DNA of 64,000 bases from a bacterium (GCA_963674695.2 CAXXGI010000001.1:224001-288000); one strand, 5' to 3'. Counted from the stretch's first letter, positions 29,724 to 41,207 are shown. The notes: generated from the letters alone by a model not told the origin. Numbers and translations: made by a program.

Positions 29724-32700
29724 ATGTCTGTGGATGGCATCAACAATCAGGGCAAACCGCCCGCACAGGGGGACCTCCCCCGGGGCGATGACGCTCGCCC
29801 GGAAACGGAGGCGCGGCATGAAGCACCGGCGCGTGCGGTGGATGCGTTTGTGCTCGCTGCACCGGCGACGGCGGCATACACGGTTTCGCGCAACGGCGAT
29901 GATGATGGTGGTGATGATGATCGAGCGTTGACCAAGGCACAGATCGAGGCGGCGCTCACGGCGATGATCCCCCGCATCTTTCGCAACACCCCGACCAGCC
30001 TCGAGACACACGACGCGGGCATCATCCTCAACGACGTCATCAAGACCTTTCAGGATAAGATCCAGCCCAAGCGCAAACGCACGCTCGAAGGGGAAGTCGT
30101 CGACACCGAGGCGATGAAAAAGACCCTGCGCCCTATCGTCGTGCGCGCCTACGCCGAACGATATGAAATCGGGCAGAAGAAGGTGAGCGATTTCCAGATC
30201 GATGGCTATCTGCGCGAACTCACCGCATTCATCACGACAAACGCACGCCGATTGCATCTCATGGGAACGAAGGCGATCGCTCGAAAACAGACATCCCCCC
30301 CTCCTTCCGAACAAGTCCCCACGCCGGCGGCCACCGCTGCACTCGTGGTGGAAGCGATCGCGCGGCTGGCCGAGATCGAACGCAGCGCGGCCATGTTTTC
30401 CGAACGGGATCGGAAATTCATCGAAACGGCGTGGATGACGGCGACCGAGGCCTACGAGGAAGCGCTTGCACCGTTGGGTCTCCAGATGGAAGAGATCATC
30501 CGCGCACTCGCACCGGAAGCGGCACGCACGCGGGCGGTGGAGGCGGCACGCATCATCGCCGACGAGGGGCAGAGGGTGCGCACGCGTCTGCTCATCCATC
30601 AATCCGATCTCGACGATCCCGCCATCGACGCCTTCCTCGACCGACCCGCTGCGATCCGGGGAAGCAGGGCGAGCATGCGCGACGAACTCGAGACCTGGAG
30701 CGAAAAACAGAAATGGATGGACGTCGAGGGGCAGGAACTCATGCTCGCCGTGCGCGCCTACATCTCCCTCTGGAGGCAAACGCCCGAGGGACAATCCGGC
30801 AGCCCGCTCGCGCTGCGATCCGAATTGCGTCGCGACGCCTCGCAGCTCGCAGCTCACCTCGAGGGAAACAGCACGCGCGCCAACATCCTGAGCGGTGCCC
30901 TGCGACGCGCGATCGTCCACCTGATCCGCTGTGCCGCAGGCCGATCGCCCCGCCGTGAATCGACGGGTGCCGTCGCGATGAGCACCGAAGACGACAACAC
31001 CGTCGCCATCTCATCCGAGCCGCGCCGTCTTCTCAGCGCGCAGCTGCGCGAGGAACAGCGCAGCTTCACCTCCCGCGTTCGCGCCGGCGCGTTCGGTCTC
31101 GATGATCTTCCGGAGGAGATCCGAAGACAGCTCGCCACGCGATTTATCGGATTTCTGAACCACTATGCGATCGCGGCACGCGAGATGCTCGGCGATGCCT
31201 TCGACCCGGAGACCCTCTTCGAATCCCCGCTCGACACCCGTGCCATCGCCGCGATCTTTCGCACCGTCCCCGGAGCGCGGGAGCGCTATCCACAACAGAT
31301 CATCGAGCTGCTGCGCGCCTTCGCCCACGATGTGAGCGGGCAGGAGCAGCCGCCGATGGAATCGCTCCTGCCCAGCGGCGCGGCCACAGCGAACCGTCAG
31401 GCCCGTGTCATGCGCATCATTCCTTATGATGGCGAAGGCGGCATGAACGGCCTCATCCGCGAGATCGAAAAGGCGATCGGTCCGATCGACGCCGCGCGCT
31501 TTCGACAGCAGACCGGAGTCGCGCTGACCACCATCCGCGGCTACGGCGAGGTGCGAAAGATGCGCCGCGTCTCCGATGCCGTCTGGAAGGAGATCGTCGA
31601 CCTCGTGGCATCGGGCAACCCGTGGCACCGACTGATCGTGCGCGCCGAAGAAAACGGAACGCTCGAGGCATTGCTCATGCGTTTTCCGAAGCGCGGCGAT
31701 GTCGATGCCTGGCGCGAAGACATCAACGCCGCCGCCGAATCCGGGCTACTTTCAGAGCTCGCGCATTCCTACACCCCAAAGGACTTTCGTCCGACCGAGG
31801 GCATGACGCTGCACGGCCTCATGGTGCGCAACGCCGAGGATCCGGACGATCCCGAATGGCGCGAAACACTCACCGTCTTCGAGGCGGATGGAGAGCTGGC
31901 CCTCCTGGCGCGCGATGAAGCCCCCAAACAGCTCTCGCCCCAGGACTGGGAACTCTTCATCGGACACACCATCGCCGACGGCCGTCCCGAGCAGGCCACC
32001 ACCGAACCCAGCGAAGAGCGCCTCTTTGAAGGGGTCATCGCCGCGATCGACTATCTGGCGGAGCTCGCTGCCGAGAAGGGATATGCGATCGATCCCGCGG
32101 ATGCCTTCGCCGCACTCTCACCGGTCTTTCGCCGTCTGCGCGCCGAAGCGCTCGAGCGCGAAGCGGATGAACACGGCCGTCATCCGATCACCGTCTACAT
32201 CCCGCCCTTCCTGCGAAACCTTGCGCCGGAGCGCATCCGCACCCAAACCTTTGCCGAGCAGCTCAACCAGGCGCTCAGGGCCTTCGACACCGAGCTGGAC
32301 CCGCAGATGCAGCAACTCGTGCAGGCCTATCGCAGCGGCAATATCCACCATCCCCAGTATGCCACGCTCGCGCGCCTGAGCACCGCACTGGCGCTCATGG
32401 ATGTCAGCCGCACCGAGCGCGACCAGGAACGCATGACCTACGAATTTCTGGCCGGCTTCATGCGCTGGATCGAGGAACTCCGCCTCACCCATCCCGACAT
32501 CACCGACATCGCGGGAAAACCGGTGGGCTTGGCGCAGGACACCCCGACGCGGTTTTCGTTTCGCCTCGAGATCAACCCCACGCAGTGGAGCCGGTCGGGG
32601 GACACGAGCTCCATGCGCGCGGTGCTCGCCGATGTGCGCCGCAACTACTACGACCGCTTGATCGAGAAGGTCGACGCCTACCTCGACGCGCTCGCCCGGC

Positions 32701-35700
32701 TGCCGTTTTCGATCGCGCTGGCAACGCCGCCGCAGCACAACCTCGATGCCGGCATCGACGAAGCGCCGCAGACCATCGCGCTCGAAGATCTGCGTCAGGA
32801 GTGGACGGAGCTGGCCGAACGCGAGGCGGAAGCACGCACGATGCTCGACGACGACGAAGCGACGAGCATCGAGCAACAGGAAGCCGTCGAATTCTATGCG
32901 GATCTGGCCCAGCGCGCCGAGGAGACGCTGCTCTTCACGTGGGCCCACGGCGAGGCGCACGTCGGCGGCGTGCACATCCCGTATCAGGCGGCCGTGCGTC
33001 TCTCGGAAAAACACTCCGGCCTCAGGGAGCGCACGCGCGTCACGCTCTTTGTCGACGACGTCTTTGCCGCGGTGAGCGAAGGACACCTCGATGCGAAGCA
33101 GGTCGACGACATCCTGAAACTCCGGCTGATCCTCGGCCAAGCGGTCCTCGACGGTTCGATCGAGTCGAGCGCGCGACGCGATCCCGCGCGTGTGCGCGAG
33201 GCGATCGAGGAGCGCTGGCAGGGAAACGCCGAAGAACAGACACGGCTCCTGATGGCCGTCGACGAGATGATCGCCCTGGAGGGCGGGCCGGCCAAGGCAC
33301 GCCTGCAGAGTTCGCTCGCGAACGTCATCCGGACCGGCCGCAGGGTGAGTCGCCACAACGATGGACAGACACAGACGGGATTTCCCGTCGGATGGCAGGA
33401 GGATTTCGATCGGTTCATCGGCGACCTGGGCGCGAACGAATCGACGATCGCCGCAGCACGGGCCGCGCTCGTCGACTACGGCGCTGCCTCGAGGGGACTG
33501 ATCGGTCACTTCTGGGAGCAGACGCTCGAACGAGCGATCGAAACGCATGCACATGCAAACACTACCGATGCATCGCTCGTGCGCGATATCATCGTCGGAT
33601 TTCTCCCGGTGATCGGCGCCGCGAACGGACAGGCCGACACCGACTGGACCGGATACGACGACCCGCCCGAGCTGATCGCACAGCGCTCGCTGCAGGTCTA
33701 TCTCGACCTCGTCGACGATGCGACGCTCTCGCCGACCATCCCCATCGACGCGAGGCTTCTGGGCGATGTCATCGATCGTGCGCTGAATGAGCATCGCGAC
33801 ATCGGCACCCTCCCGCGACGCCGGCTCGTCCTGCGCCGCGTGCGCGACCTGATCGACGGACTCAATCGCAGCCGTCGCGGCATCCACAATGCGCCACACC
33901 CCATCACCCTCCCCGAGGGAAGTCTGGTGCCCGATGCGATCGAACGGATCGCGACAGAGATAGAAGCAAGCAACACCTTTATGCCGCGCATCGACCGTGC
34001 ACGCCTACGCCGCGCGTATGCGTACCTGCAGGGCATCCTGCTCACAGAAACATCCATCACCGATCACTCCATCACGGCCGCACTGCGCACGGAATCCAGG
34101 GGGGTCGTACCGCTCCCGACGGAAATGGCCGCACTGCGCCGACTCGCACAGGAGACGCAGAAACGGATCGCACTGCTGGCGGAGGCCATCGACCATCCGA
34201 CGATGGGGGTCGTTCCGGTCATCCGGGCCGGCCATCGCGCGCGCTACATCACCGATCGCGCGCTCACCACCCTCGCCCACGACTGGATGCGGCAGCGCGC
34301 TGTGCTCTTAAACCCCGCGTCGATCGAAGAGCTCGCTCTGAATGTCGTTCCCGAGGCGTTCGAAGCGCATCCGGTGATCGCCGAGAAGATCTCGCACGAG
34401 GCGGCACAGCTTGTCGGCACCTTCTTTCACACCGTCGAAGAGAGCTTGGGCGCACAGATCAACGCCGCGAGAGAAGCGCTGCAGGAAGCCGCTCAGGACG
34501 AGACGGTCATCGCGGGGGATGCCCAGGGTTTTGCCGACAAAGCCCTTCGCGGAAAAAACCTGCCATCGCTGGCGGTGCTGGCCGCTATGGAACGCACGCA
34601 CACGGCCGTGCGCGCACTCACCCAGAACACCATGGATGCGGTTACACCGACGCTGCGCGAACAGGCCGAAACGCTCTTCACCACGCTCGTCGATCCGCGC
34701 CGGATTGAACGCCATCGCACACTCAAAGCCAACGCGAACGCCTTTGACGAGAAGCTCGATGCCATCAGTGCCACGCATGCGCGCATCATGCTGCAGTCGG
34801 CGATCGCCCTCGAGGGCTCGGCCATTCCGACGATGGACACCGCGGCTGTCGCCAAGGCGGAGAAGGACATCCTCGCGGGAGCGAAGATCCTGACCACATG
34901 GCGCACGGAGCTGGAGACGATGGAGGCGTGGCTGACCGAAGCGCAGGATCTAGCGCTCATCCTCGAGGAACAGCACAATCCCTCCATCGTACGCCGCTCT
35001 CCGCTCGACCGAGGAGAACAGGCCGAGACCTGGGTGCAAAACGTGCGCGACAAGATTCAGACCGAAGCAGACCGGATGTCGGACATGAAAGAAGAGCTGA
35101 AGAAACGGCGCAACACACTTGTGCAGTTCGCGCGTGCAACAGACATCGCAGCATCGCTGACCGAACACGCCGGGCAGTTGCAGCAGGATCTCATCGCCAC
35201 GAGCCACCCCATCGACGAGGCGACCAAAGCTGCGCTCGCAGAGAACACCGAACTCATGGAGGCAGCGCTCGCGGAGGTCGACGCCATCGAGGGCGATCGC
35301 ATTCCGATGCCGCTCGTCGTCCAGGCCGAGCAGATGCAGCAAGCCCATCGAGGGGTTGCGGATAGGGCCCGCACAGCGCTCAAGGCGACGATCGCGCAGC
35401 TCAACGCCATGCCCGGACGAGCGCGCACCGACGGTCGCGATTCGACGCAGATGATCGCGGATGCCCGCGCCTTTCTCCAGGAGATCGAGACCGACGTCCT
35501 TCCCTTGTCGACAGCGATCGCTGAACTCGAAGGAACGATCGCAGCGATTCAACAGCACGCTCGCGATCTCTCGGCGCAAGAGTCGGCCCTGTCCAGACAG
35601 ACCGCTGCGCTGGCCTCATCGGTCGACAGCGCTCTCGACCGGATGCAGATCCCCGAGCCGGCGGGTCTCGATGCGATTCTCACAGAACCCATCCCGACGC

Positions 35701-38700
35701 CGAATTCGTCGCTCCAGTTGATCGAAGCCAACGCCCAACCGAACGTTCGCAAACGAGCCTCGTATCGCTTGCGCGCGATCCTCGACGGAGACGTCCTTCC
35801 GCAACATGAGGGGAGCCTGCTGCTTCTCAAAGAGACCGATACCCGAGGCGTGATCACCGGTTTCTTCGGACACGCGGGACGTTGGGATGGAGAGCGCAGC
35901 AGCGAACCGATCGCGCTCTCGGAACTCGCGAATCGCAACCCCGCACATCCCTTCGCCGCCATGCACACCACCCTCAGCCTCGCTCTCGAGGAAGACGGTG
36001 CCGAACACGCGGTATTGGGATATCTTGCGGCGGAAGGGCTCAAACACCATCCCGATGAGAAAGCCCGCGCGCTCCTGCAGAGCCTCATGGCCACACTCGC
36101 ATCCGAACCCGCAGCGATGAGTTCGAACGAGGCGCGCGCGCGGATCCGGAGTTGGATTACGGACCATGCGGGCAGGATCGCAGAGATGACCGCCCGCTCC
36201 TCCAAGGCGCCGAAGCTCTTCGAACCGGTCGCGCAAGCGGCGGAAGCGGATGCCCCGATCTATGCCGGCACGGGATACGACGCCGCGAAACACGCCGAGC
36301 TTTCCGGGCACACCGTCGACGATATCCTGCACGTGGGGAGGATGAATCACCTGCCGGATACGCCGATCATCCACGCCTCCTTGCGCACCCAGTATCAGGT
36401 CTATGCCGACCCCTCGCTCATGGAGTTGGGATGGCTTACCGCGCAAGCGAACGCGGGAAAGCTCGACACCGATTTTTCCCGTCTGTTCCTCAACCTGCTC
36501 GACGGCATGCACCTCGATCCGCGCTCCACCGAAAGAATGCCCTCTTCGCTCCACGACGTGCAGGCCTTCGCGGTAGACCTCTACCGGCGCATGCAGACGG
36601 ACCTCATCCACTGGCCGGAGATCGCAAACAGGAGTTATCCGAAGTCGACCGAAACGAAGCATGCTGACGAGTATGCGATCCTGTTCGAGCTGCTGCAGAC
36701 AGATCAAACCTTTCGCCACTGGTACACGATGGGGGATATGCTCGCCCTTCTGGGCAAGGCGCATGACGAGGGAATCGTTTCCCTTTCGAAGGAACAACGC
36801 GGCGCACTGAAGGCGACAGCAGACGCCAACGTGGCCTTCATCCAACGCGCCCTCGGCAAGACCGGCAAGAAGCCGCTGTCGGCGGAAAAACGCGCCGCAC
36901 TCCTTGCCGAACTCAACCTCACACCGATGTATGCGCAGGCGCGCCTGATCTTCAGGACCAAGCCAATGCGGGCGTTTCTCAACCGCGAATACGGCATTCG
37001 CCTGAAGGACGCCCCGCTCTTTGCGGAGACAAACCGGGATCTTATCCACGCCTTTCCGGAGACGCAGCTTGTCAGCCCCCTGCGCATGCAGGAGCATCTC
37101 AACGCGCACGCCACCGCACAATTCCTCGGCGAGTTCCTGCCCAAACTCCTGCCGATGTTCACGATCATGGCGCAAATCGATTGGGAAAAGGAGATCCCGG
37201 ACGCACTCTTCGATCGCCAGAACGAGATCTTTGCCGAGATCAATCGAGGCTATCGCTCGATCAACGCCAATCCGGACGCAAAGGAAAGAAACCGGCGCCT
37301 CGACGAGCTGGAGCGGAAAACGGCCGAGGCGCTCATCGCCCTCTGGACCGAGCACCGCGACGCCATTCGTGCCGCCCTGGGGAAAGAGAACGTCATCACC
37401 GGGAATACGCATGCCTACGATCTGACCGGCACCGACACCCCCTGGCGCAACGTTCACAGCTGGGAGGAATACACCGCACTCGAACGGCTGAAACTGGCCG
37501 CGCCGGATCTGATGCGGACGGAGAAGTTCCGCTACTGGGAGGAGGAGATCGAACCAACGATGCTCAAACGCTGGAAGGCTGAGGGGGATGATGGACCCAT
37601 CAACCGTCTGTGCGATACGATCGGGGCGCTCGATCTCGTCGCGCCGGAACGCTCCTTTCCACTGGTCGAGGTCTTCACCTCGCTCCTGATCCACGACCGG
37701 CTGCCGGAAAACGTCGAGGCGTTCCTGCACGAACACTATTGGGTCCATGAGGAGACCGAGAGCGAAAAATGGACACCGGAGAAGGCCTCCCCGGAGGCGC
37801 GCGCCGCGCGCGAGCGTTTCATCGAACTCATCCTCGAACCCAAGACGCTCATTCGCATCCGCGATGAACTGGATCGGCCGCTGGCCGATGGCAGCGTTCT
37901 CAACATGGCGCGCGTCGGACGCCGGTTTCCGGAGCGGCCCGATCTCATCCGACCGCGTGCGCGGCTGCACCACCGCATCACCGAACGCTTTCCACAACTC
38001 GCAGTCCATCGCTTGCGACGGGACCCGCGCATTCACGAAGAGCTCGCGAAAGTCGTTACCATGCTGGAGACGACTCATGACAGCACCAGCAGGGCGATCG
38101 AACATATTCCGAACCTGATCCGTTGGGGGCAGCAGACCGAGGCCGCCCTCCTCCTGCCCGCGCTCGTCTTTGGGTGGGGGCTCATCTCGCCCGAGCTGAA
38201 AAAAGCGATCGTCCGGTTCGTCGGCAGACAGATCAAGACGCTCCCGGCGCTCGCTGCTCAGGACACGAAGGCCGTGGCCCTGCACGAGGAGCAGATGCGC
38301 CAGTTCGTCGAGATCCTCGATGAACACCGAAGCGATCTCCTCACCGTACTGGCGATTCCCCTCATCCGAATGCCGGGAAAGGCAGCGCTTGTCCCCTCAG
38401 TTGGGGAACTCCCGCCGGAGACGACCGCGTTTGATCTCATCACCGGACTCGATCTGATCCTCCCCCCCGAAAGCAACCGTGCGATCGATACGCTCCCCAT
38501 CCATATCATCGAGGAACGCCTGCGTTTTCTCGGGCGCATCCTGCCGACCGATGAGAAGGGGGCGATGCCGATACGACTTCGGGAACTGATGCAGGACGTA
38601 GCCGAACGCGAGAGCCTCAAGCCCGCGGCGCTCGCTGAACTTGAAATCATCCGGGATGCGTATGTCCGGGATCAGCGAACGCCGACGGGGGCGATCGTTC

Positions 38701-41015
38701 GCGCACTCATGATGACCGACCACCAGCAGGGATCGAAGGACGTGTCGCCACTCGAGCGGGCGCTCCTCGACGCCTTCATCCCGGATCAGAACCGCGTCGA
38801 CCAGGAGCACTTCCTGCGCGAGGGCTATCGCCAGATCGTTTCGATGGATCGGATGGGACACATCTCGCTGATCCTGACGCATTCGGCCATAACGAAAAAA
38901 GAGCAACAGCGTCCTACCCCCCCCTTCGCGGAGGCGATCGCGCAGATCGTTCCGGACGAGGGGAACAGCTCCGACTTCACGATCCCGCAGATCGAGGCCA
39001 TGATCGAGGCGACGGGACTCGTTCCAACCGATCCACAGCAATTCAAGCGACTCCTGGCGAAGGCGCGCGCGGACATCCTGGATACGGCGATGGAGATGCA
39101 CCGGATGGAGCAGGGCCAGAAGAGACCGGACCCCCTCCGGGAGGGGCCGATCCGACAGCGGTTCCGCGATAAACTCAACGCACTGTCCGATGGAACCCAG
39201 CGCTGCCTGGTCGCCCTCATGGCGGCGGACCTCGCGCCGGAGAAATGGAATTCCGACCGATTCTATCTCGCCAACATCGTCCTGCGTCCGGCACGATCGA
39301 CACATGACGACATCCAGACCTCTTTCCAATGCCTCATCTCCAGCGCCAAAGCGATCAGGGCGGCCGTGCACAAGCGCCGCGCCGAACGCGAAGAGCAGAT
39401 CCTGCCGAAGGCGTGGAAGAGCGCGGGCAAGCTCTCGCTCGAGCAGATCGATGGCGTCATCGATGCGCTCGGTTTTGTCCCGAAGGGGAAGAATCCCCGG
39501 GGAGAACGCATGGAGCAGATCGCCGGAAAGCTGACCACGCGGGTGCTCGAAGAAAATGAACGCATCAACCCGCGCGATCCGGGGGGACTCAAGGCGATGG
39601 AGGAGCTCGCCGATGTCATGGCACGGCTCCCGGAGACCTTCTTCCGCGTCTATGCCACTTGCGTCGACATCGGCATCGAGAACCCGCTGGGAGGGGATGC
39701 CCTGCGCATCCTCCGGAGAGACCCGGATAGTCTCGGGCACGCCCTCTTCCAGGTCCACCTCTTGGACAATCGCCAAGAGTTTTTCGCGGCCTATTGGAAG
39801 CGGGAGGTCGACCGTATCCGCATCCAATTCGATCATCTGCCCACGCTCGAGATGCTGGGAACGGAAGCGACGGTCGAGCGCATCGGCGCGATCCTTGAGC
39901 GCCTCGACATCTTTCCGACAAACAAGAACTATCGCCAGGATCGCATGGCGATGTGGAGGGAGAGCTTTCGCCACAGCCTTCCGACCGACGATCCGATGAC
40001 GACCGCGCGCATGATCGCCCTCATCAACGCGCTCCCTGAAGAGGCCATTCGCTGCGCCTTTCTGCTGGGCGAAATCAACCCGGACGATCCGATCGAGGCC
40101 ATTTCCGACATGCTCGCACAGATCGCCGAACGCAACGGCGACGGCACGCCGGAGGCGATGGTGCAGCACTTCTATGCCGCAATCGGAGAACATCGCGAGC
40201 AAATCCTCCCCTACGTCGCCACGGAACGCGACCTTCGCGACCTGGGGGAGCGGACGCTTCTGCCATCGCCGTTCCTGGTGACCGAAGGAGAGAACGATGC
40301 GCGCGCGCACCGCTATCTGGACGCGCTCGACATCCTCGCGGTGGATGACCCCGACATGGAGCGGGGCATGGAGGCGATCCGCGCGAAGATCCGCACGATG
40401 AAGGGTCTGCCCGAAGAGAGCCGCGCGCGGTTTGCCGATGAGATCTCGCCACTGGCGCTCAAGATGATCGCCATCTTGAGCGTCGTCTATGAGCCTGATC
40501 ACGAGACGAACGCCTCCGGCCAGTTCGTCCGTCACCTCCATTGGCTCTACGAACGATGCTGGGGAGCAGGTATCCCCACGGACGATCACGACCGAATCGC
40601 CTCCTTTCTCTATGCGTTTTTCTGCCAGCACCGCAAAACGATCCTTCGAGAGCGCGGGCGGATCATTGCCGAAACGACGCCGCCGAAGGCAACCGCAAAA
40701 AAACGCGGCGGCAATGAAGGGGGCAGCGGCGGATCAACGCCGGCCGGCCCCGAGAATGCTGGCCCTGCGCCGACGACATCGGGGGGATCGGAGCACTCAG
40801 CCGCACCGCTCACGAACACACCGCTGGCATTCGATGCGATCGATGGGAGCGGCGATGTGTATATGCATGTAAACGATGCGCTGATCCCCATGGGCGGTGC
40901 CATCATGCCCGAGGCATATGACCTCATGGATGTGAGCGCGGAGTGCTACCTGGATGGAATGATGCCCGAAATGGGAATGATGATGCCCGCGATGACGGCG
41001 GGGATGATGATGTAA
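29724..41015 (+). CDS. Array gene 6: giant helical protein (about 3763 aa), paralog of genes 5 and 8, very Met-rich tail
   Basis: 11.3-kb ORF with a GAGGGAG RBS before ATG 29724. It ends ...DGMMPEMGMMMPAMTAGMMM. Confidence 0.92.
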   Translation: MSVDGINNQGKPPAQGDLPRGDDARPETEARHEAPARAVDAFVLAAPATAAYTVSRNGDDDGGDDDRALTKAQIEAALTAMIPRIFRNTPTSLETHDAGIILNDVIKTFQDKIQPKRKRTLEGEVVDTEAMKKTLRPIVVRAYAERYEIGQKKVSDFQIDGYLRELTAFITTNARRLHLMGTKAIARKQTSPPPSEQVPTPAATAALVVEAIARLAEIERSAAMFSERDRKFIETAWMTATEAYEEALAPLGLQMEEIIRALAPEAARTRAVEAARIIADEGQRVRTRLLIHQSDLDDPAIDAFLDRPAAIRGSRASMRDELETWSEKQKWMDVEGQELMLAVRAYISLWRQTPEGQSGSPLALRSELRRDASQLAAHLEGNSTRANILSGALRRAIVHLIRCAAGRSPRRESTGAVAMSTEDDNTVAISSEPRRLLSAQLREEQRSFTSRVRAGAFGLDDLPEEIRRQLATRFIGFLNHYAIAAREMLGDAFDPETLFESPLDTRAIAAIFRTVPGARERYPQQIIELLRAFAHDVSGQEQPPMESLLPSGAATANRQARVMRIIPYDGEGGMNGLIREIEKAIGPIDAARFRQQTGVALTTIRGYGEVRKMRRVSDAVWKEIVDLVASGNPWHRLIVRAEENGTLEALLMRFPKRGDVDAWREDINAAAESGLLSELAHSYTPKDFRPTEGMTLHGLMVRNAEDPDDPEWRETLTVFEADGELALLARDEAPKQLSPQDWELFIGHTIADGRPEQATTEPSEERLFEGVIAAIDYLAELAAEKGYAIDPADAFAALSPVFRRLRAEALEREADEHGRHPITVYIPPFLRNLAPERIRTQTFAEQLNQALRAFDTELDPQMQQLVQAYRSGNIHHPQYATLARLSTALALMDVSRTERDQERMTYEFLAGFMRWIEELRLTHPDITDIAGKPVGLAQDTPTRFSFRLEINPTQWSRSGDTSSMRAVLADVRRNYYDRLIEKVDAYLDALARLPFSIALATPPQHNLDAGIDEAPQTIALEDLRQEWTELAEREAEARTMLDDDEATSIEQQEAVEFYADLAQRAEETLLFTWAHGEAHVGGVHIPYQAAVRLSEKHSGLRERTRVTLFVDDVFAAVSEGHLDAKQVDDILKLRLILGQAVLDGSIESSARRDPARVREAIEERWQGNAEEQTRLLMAVDEMIALEGGPAKARLQSSLANVIRTGRRVSRHNDGQTQTGFPVGWQEDFDRFIGDLGANESTIAAARAALVDYGAASRGLIGHFWEQTLERAIETHAHANTTDASLVRDIIVGFLPVIGAANGQADTDWTGYDDPPELIAQRSLQVYLDLVDDATLSPTIPIDARLLGDVIDRALNEHRDIGTLPRRRLVLRRVRDLIDGLNRSRRGIHNAPHPITLPEGSLVPDAIERIATEIEASNTFMPRIDRARLRRAYAYLQGILLTETSITDHSITAALRTESRGVVPLPTEMAALRRLAQETQKRIALLAEAIDHPTMGVVPVIRAGHRARYITDRALTTLAHDWMRQRAVLLNPASIEELALNVVPEAFEAHPVIAEKISHEAAQLVGTFFHTVEESLGAQINAAREALQEAAQDETVIAGDAQGFADKALRGKNLPSLAVLAAMERTHTAVRALTQNTMDAVTPTLREQAETLFTTLVDPRRIERHRTLKANANAFDEKLDAISATHARIMLQSAIALEGSAIPTMDTAAVAKAEKDILAGAKILTTWRTELETMEAWLTEAQDLALILEEQHNPSIVRRSPLDRGEQAETWVQNVRDKIQTEADRMSDMKEELKKRRNTLVQFARATDIAASLTEHAGQLQQDLIATSHPIDEATKAALAENTELMEAALAEVDAIEGDRIPMPLVVQAEQMQQAHRGVADRARTALKATIAQLNAMPGRARTDGRDSTQMIADARAFLQEIETDVLPLSTAIAELEGTIAAIQQHARDLSAQESALSRQTAALASSVDSALDRMQIPEPAGLDAILTEPIPTPNSSLQLIEANAQPNVRKRASYRLRAILDGDVLPQHEGSLLLLKETDTRGVITGFFGHAGRWDGERSSEPIALSELANRNPAHPFAAMHTTLSLALEEDGAEHAVLGYLAAEGLKHHPDEKARALLQSLMATLASEPAAMSSNEARARIRSWITDHAGRIAEMTARSSKAPKLFEPVAQAAEADAPIYAGTGYDAAKHAELSGHTVDDILHVGRMNHLPDTPIIHASLRTQYQVYADPSLMELGWLTAQANAGKLDTDFSRLFLNLLDGMHLDPRSTERMPSSLHDVQAFAVDLYRRMQTDLIHWPEIANRSYPKSTETKHADEYAILFELLQTDQTFRHWYTMGDMLALLGKAHDEGIVSLSKEQRGALKATADANVAFIQRALGKTGKKPLSAEKRAALLAELNLTPMYAQARLIFRTKPMRAFLNREYGIRLKDAPLFAETNRDLIHAFPETQLVSPLRMQEHLNAHATAQFLGEFLPKLLPMFTIMAQIDWEKEIPDALFDRQNEIFAEINRGYRSINANPDAKERNRRLDELERKTAEALIALWTEHRDAIRAALGKENVITGNTHAYDLTGTDTPWRNVHSWEEYTALERLKLAAPDLMRTEKFRYWEEEIEPTMLKRWKAEGDDGPINRLCDTIGALDLVAPERSFPLVEVFTSLLIHDRLPENVEAFLHEHYWVHEETESEKWTPEKASPEARAARERFIELILEPKTLIRIRDELDRPLADGSVLNMARVGRRFPERPDLIRPRARLHHRITERFPQLAVHRLRRDPRIHEELAKVVTMLETTHDSTSRAIEHIPNLIRWGQQTEAALLLPALVFGWGLISPELKKAIVRFVGRQIKTLPALAAQDTKAVALHEEQMRQFVEILDEHRSDLLTVLAIPLIRMPGKAALVPSVGELPPETTAFDLITGLDLILPPESNRAIDTLPIHIIEERLRFLGRILPTDEKGAMPIRLRELMQDVAERESLKPAALAELEIIRDAYVRDQRTPTGAIVRALMMTDHQQGSKDVSPLERALLDAFIPDQNRVDQEHFLREGYRQIVSMDRMGHISLILTHSAITKKEQQRPTPPFAEAIAQIVPDEGNSSDFTIPQIEAMIEATGLVPTDPQQFKRLLAKARADILDTAMEMHRMEQGQKRPDPLREGPIRQRFRDKLNALSDGTQRCLVALMAADLAPEKWNSDRFYLANIVLRPARSTHDDIQTSFQCLISSAKAIRAAVHKRRAEREEQILPKAWKSAGKLSLEQIDGVIDALGFVPKGKNPRGERMEQIAGKLTTRVLEENERINPRDPGGLKAMEELADVMARLPETFFRVYATCVDIGIENPLGGDALRILRRDPDSLGHALFQVHLLDNRQEFFAAYWKREVDRIRIQFDHLPTLEMLGTEATVERIGAILERLDIFPTNKNYRQDRMAMWRESFRHSLPTDDPMTTARMIALINALPEEAIRCAFLLGEINPDDPIEAISDMLAQIAERNGDGTPEAMVQHFYAAIGEHREQILPYVATERDLRDLGERTLLPSPFLVTEGENDARAHRYLDALDILAVDDPDMERGMEAIRAKIRTMKGLPEESRARFADEISPLALKMIAILSVVYEPDHETNASGQFVRHLHWLYERCWGAGIPTDDHDRIASFLYAFFCQHRKTILRERGRIIAETTPPKATAKKRGGNEGGSGGSTPAGPENAGPAPTTSGGSEHSAAPLTNTPLAFDAIDGSGDVYMHVNDALIPMGGAIMPEAYDLMDVSAECYLDGMMPEMGMMMPAMTAGMMM

Positions 41016-41079
41016 GAATGAAGGGTGAGGGGCGAAGGGTGAAGGGTGAAAGAGCGGAAATATTGATAGAGCAATGATT

Positions 41080-41148
41080 GTCATCCCCGTGAAAACGGGG
41101 ATCTCGATGGATCGTGACAATCGAGATTCCCGCCTGCGCGGGAATGAC
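41080..41148. repeat. REP-like palindromic repeat, copy 4 (flanked by heptamer tandem repeats)
   Basis: GTCATCCCCGTGAAAACGGGGATCTCG...CGAGATTCCCGCCTGCGCGGGAATGAC, with (GAAGGGT)n upstream and (CACGAGT)n downstream. Confidence 0.85.
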
Positions 41149-41207
41149 AAACTTCGACACAACACGCTTCACGAGTTACGAGTCACGAGTTACGAAAGGA
41201 TGTTCGT

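Noticed and set aside
41160-41190. Possible promoter motif upstream of gene 7 (CACAAC-N15-CGA)
   Set aside because: The spacing is off and the CGA comes from the heptamer repeat.
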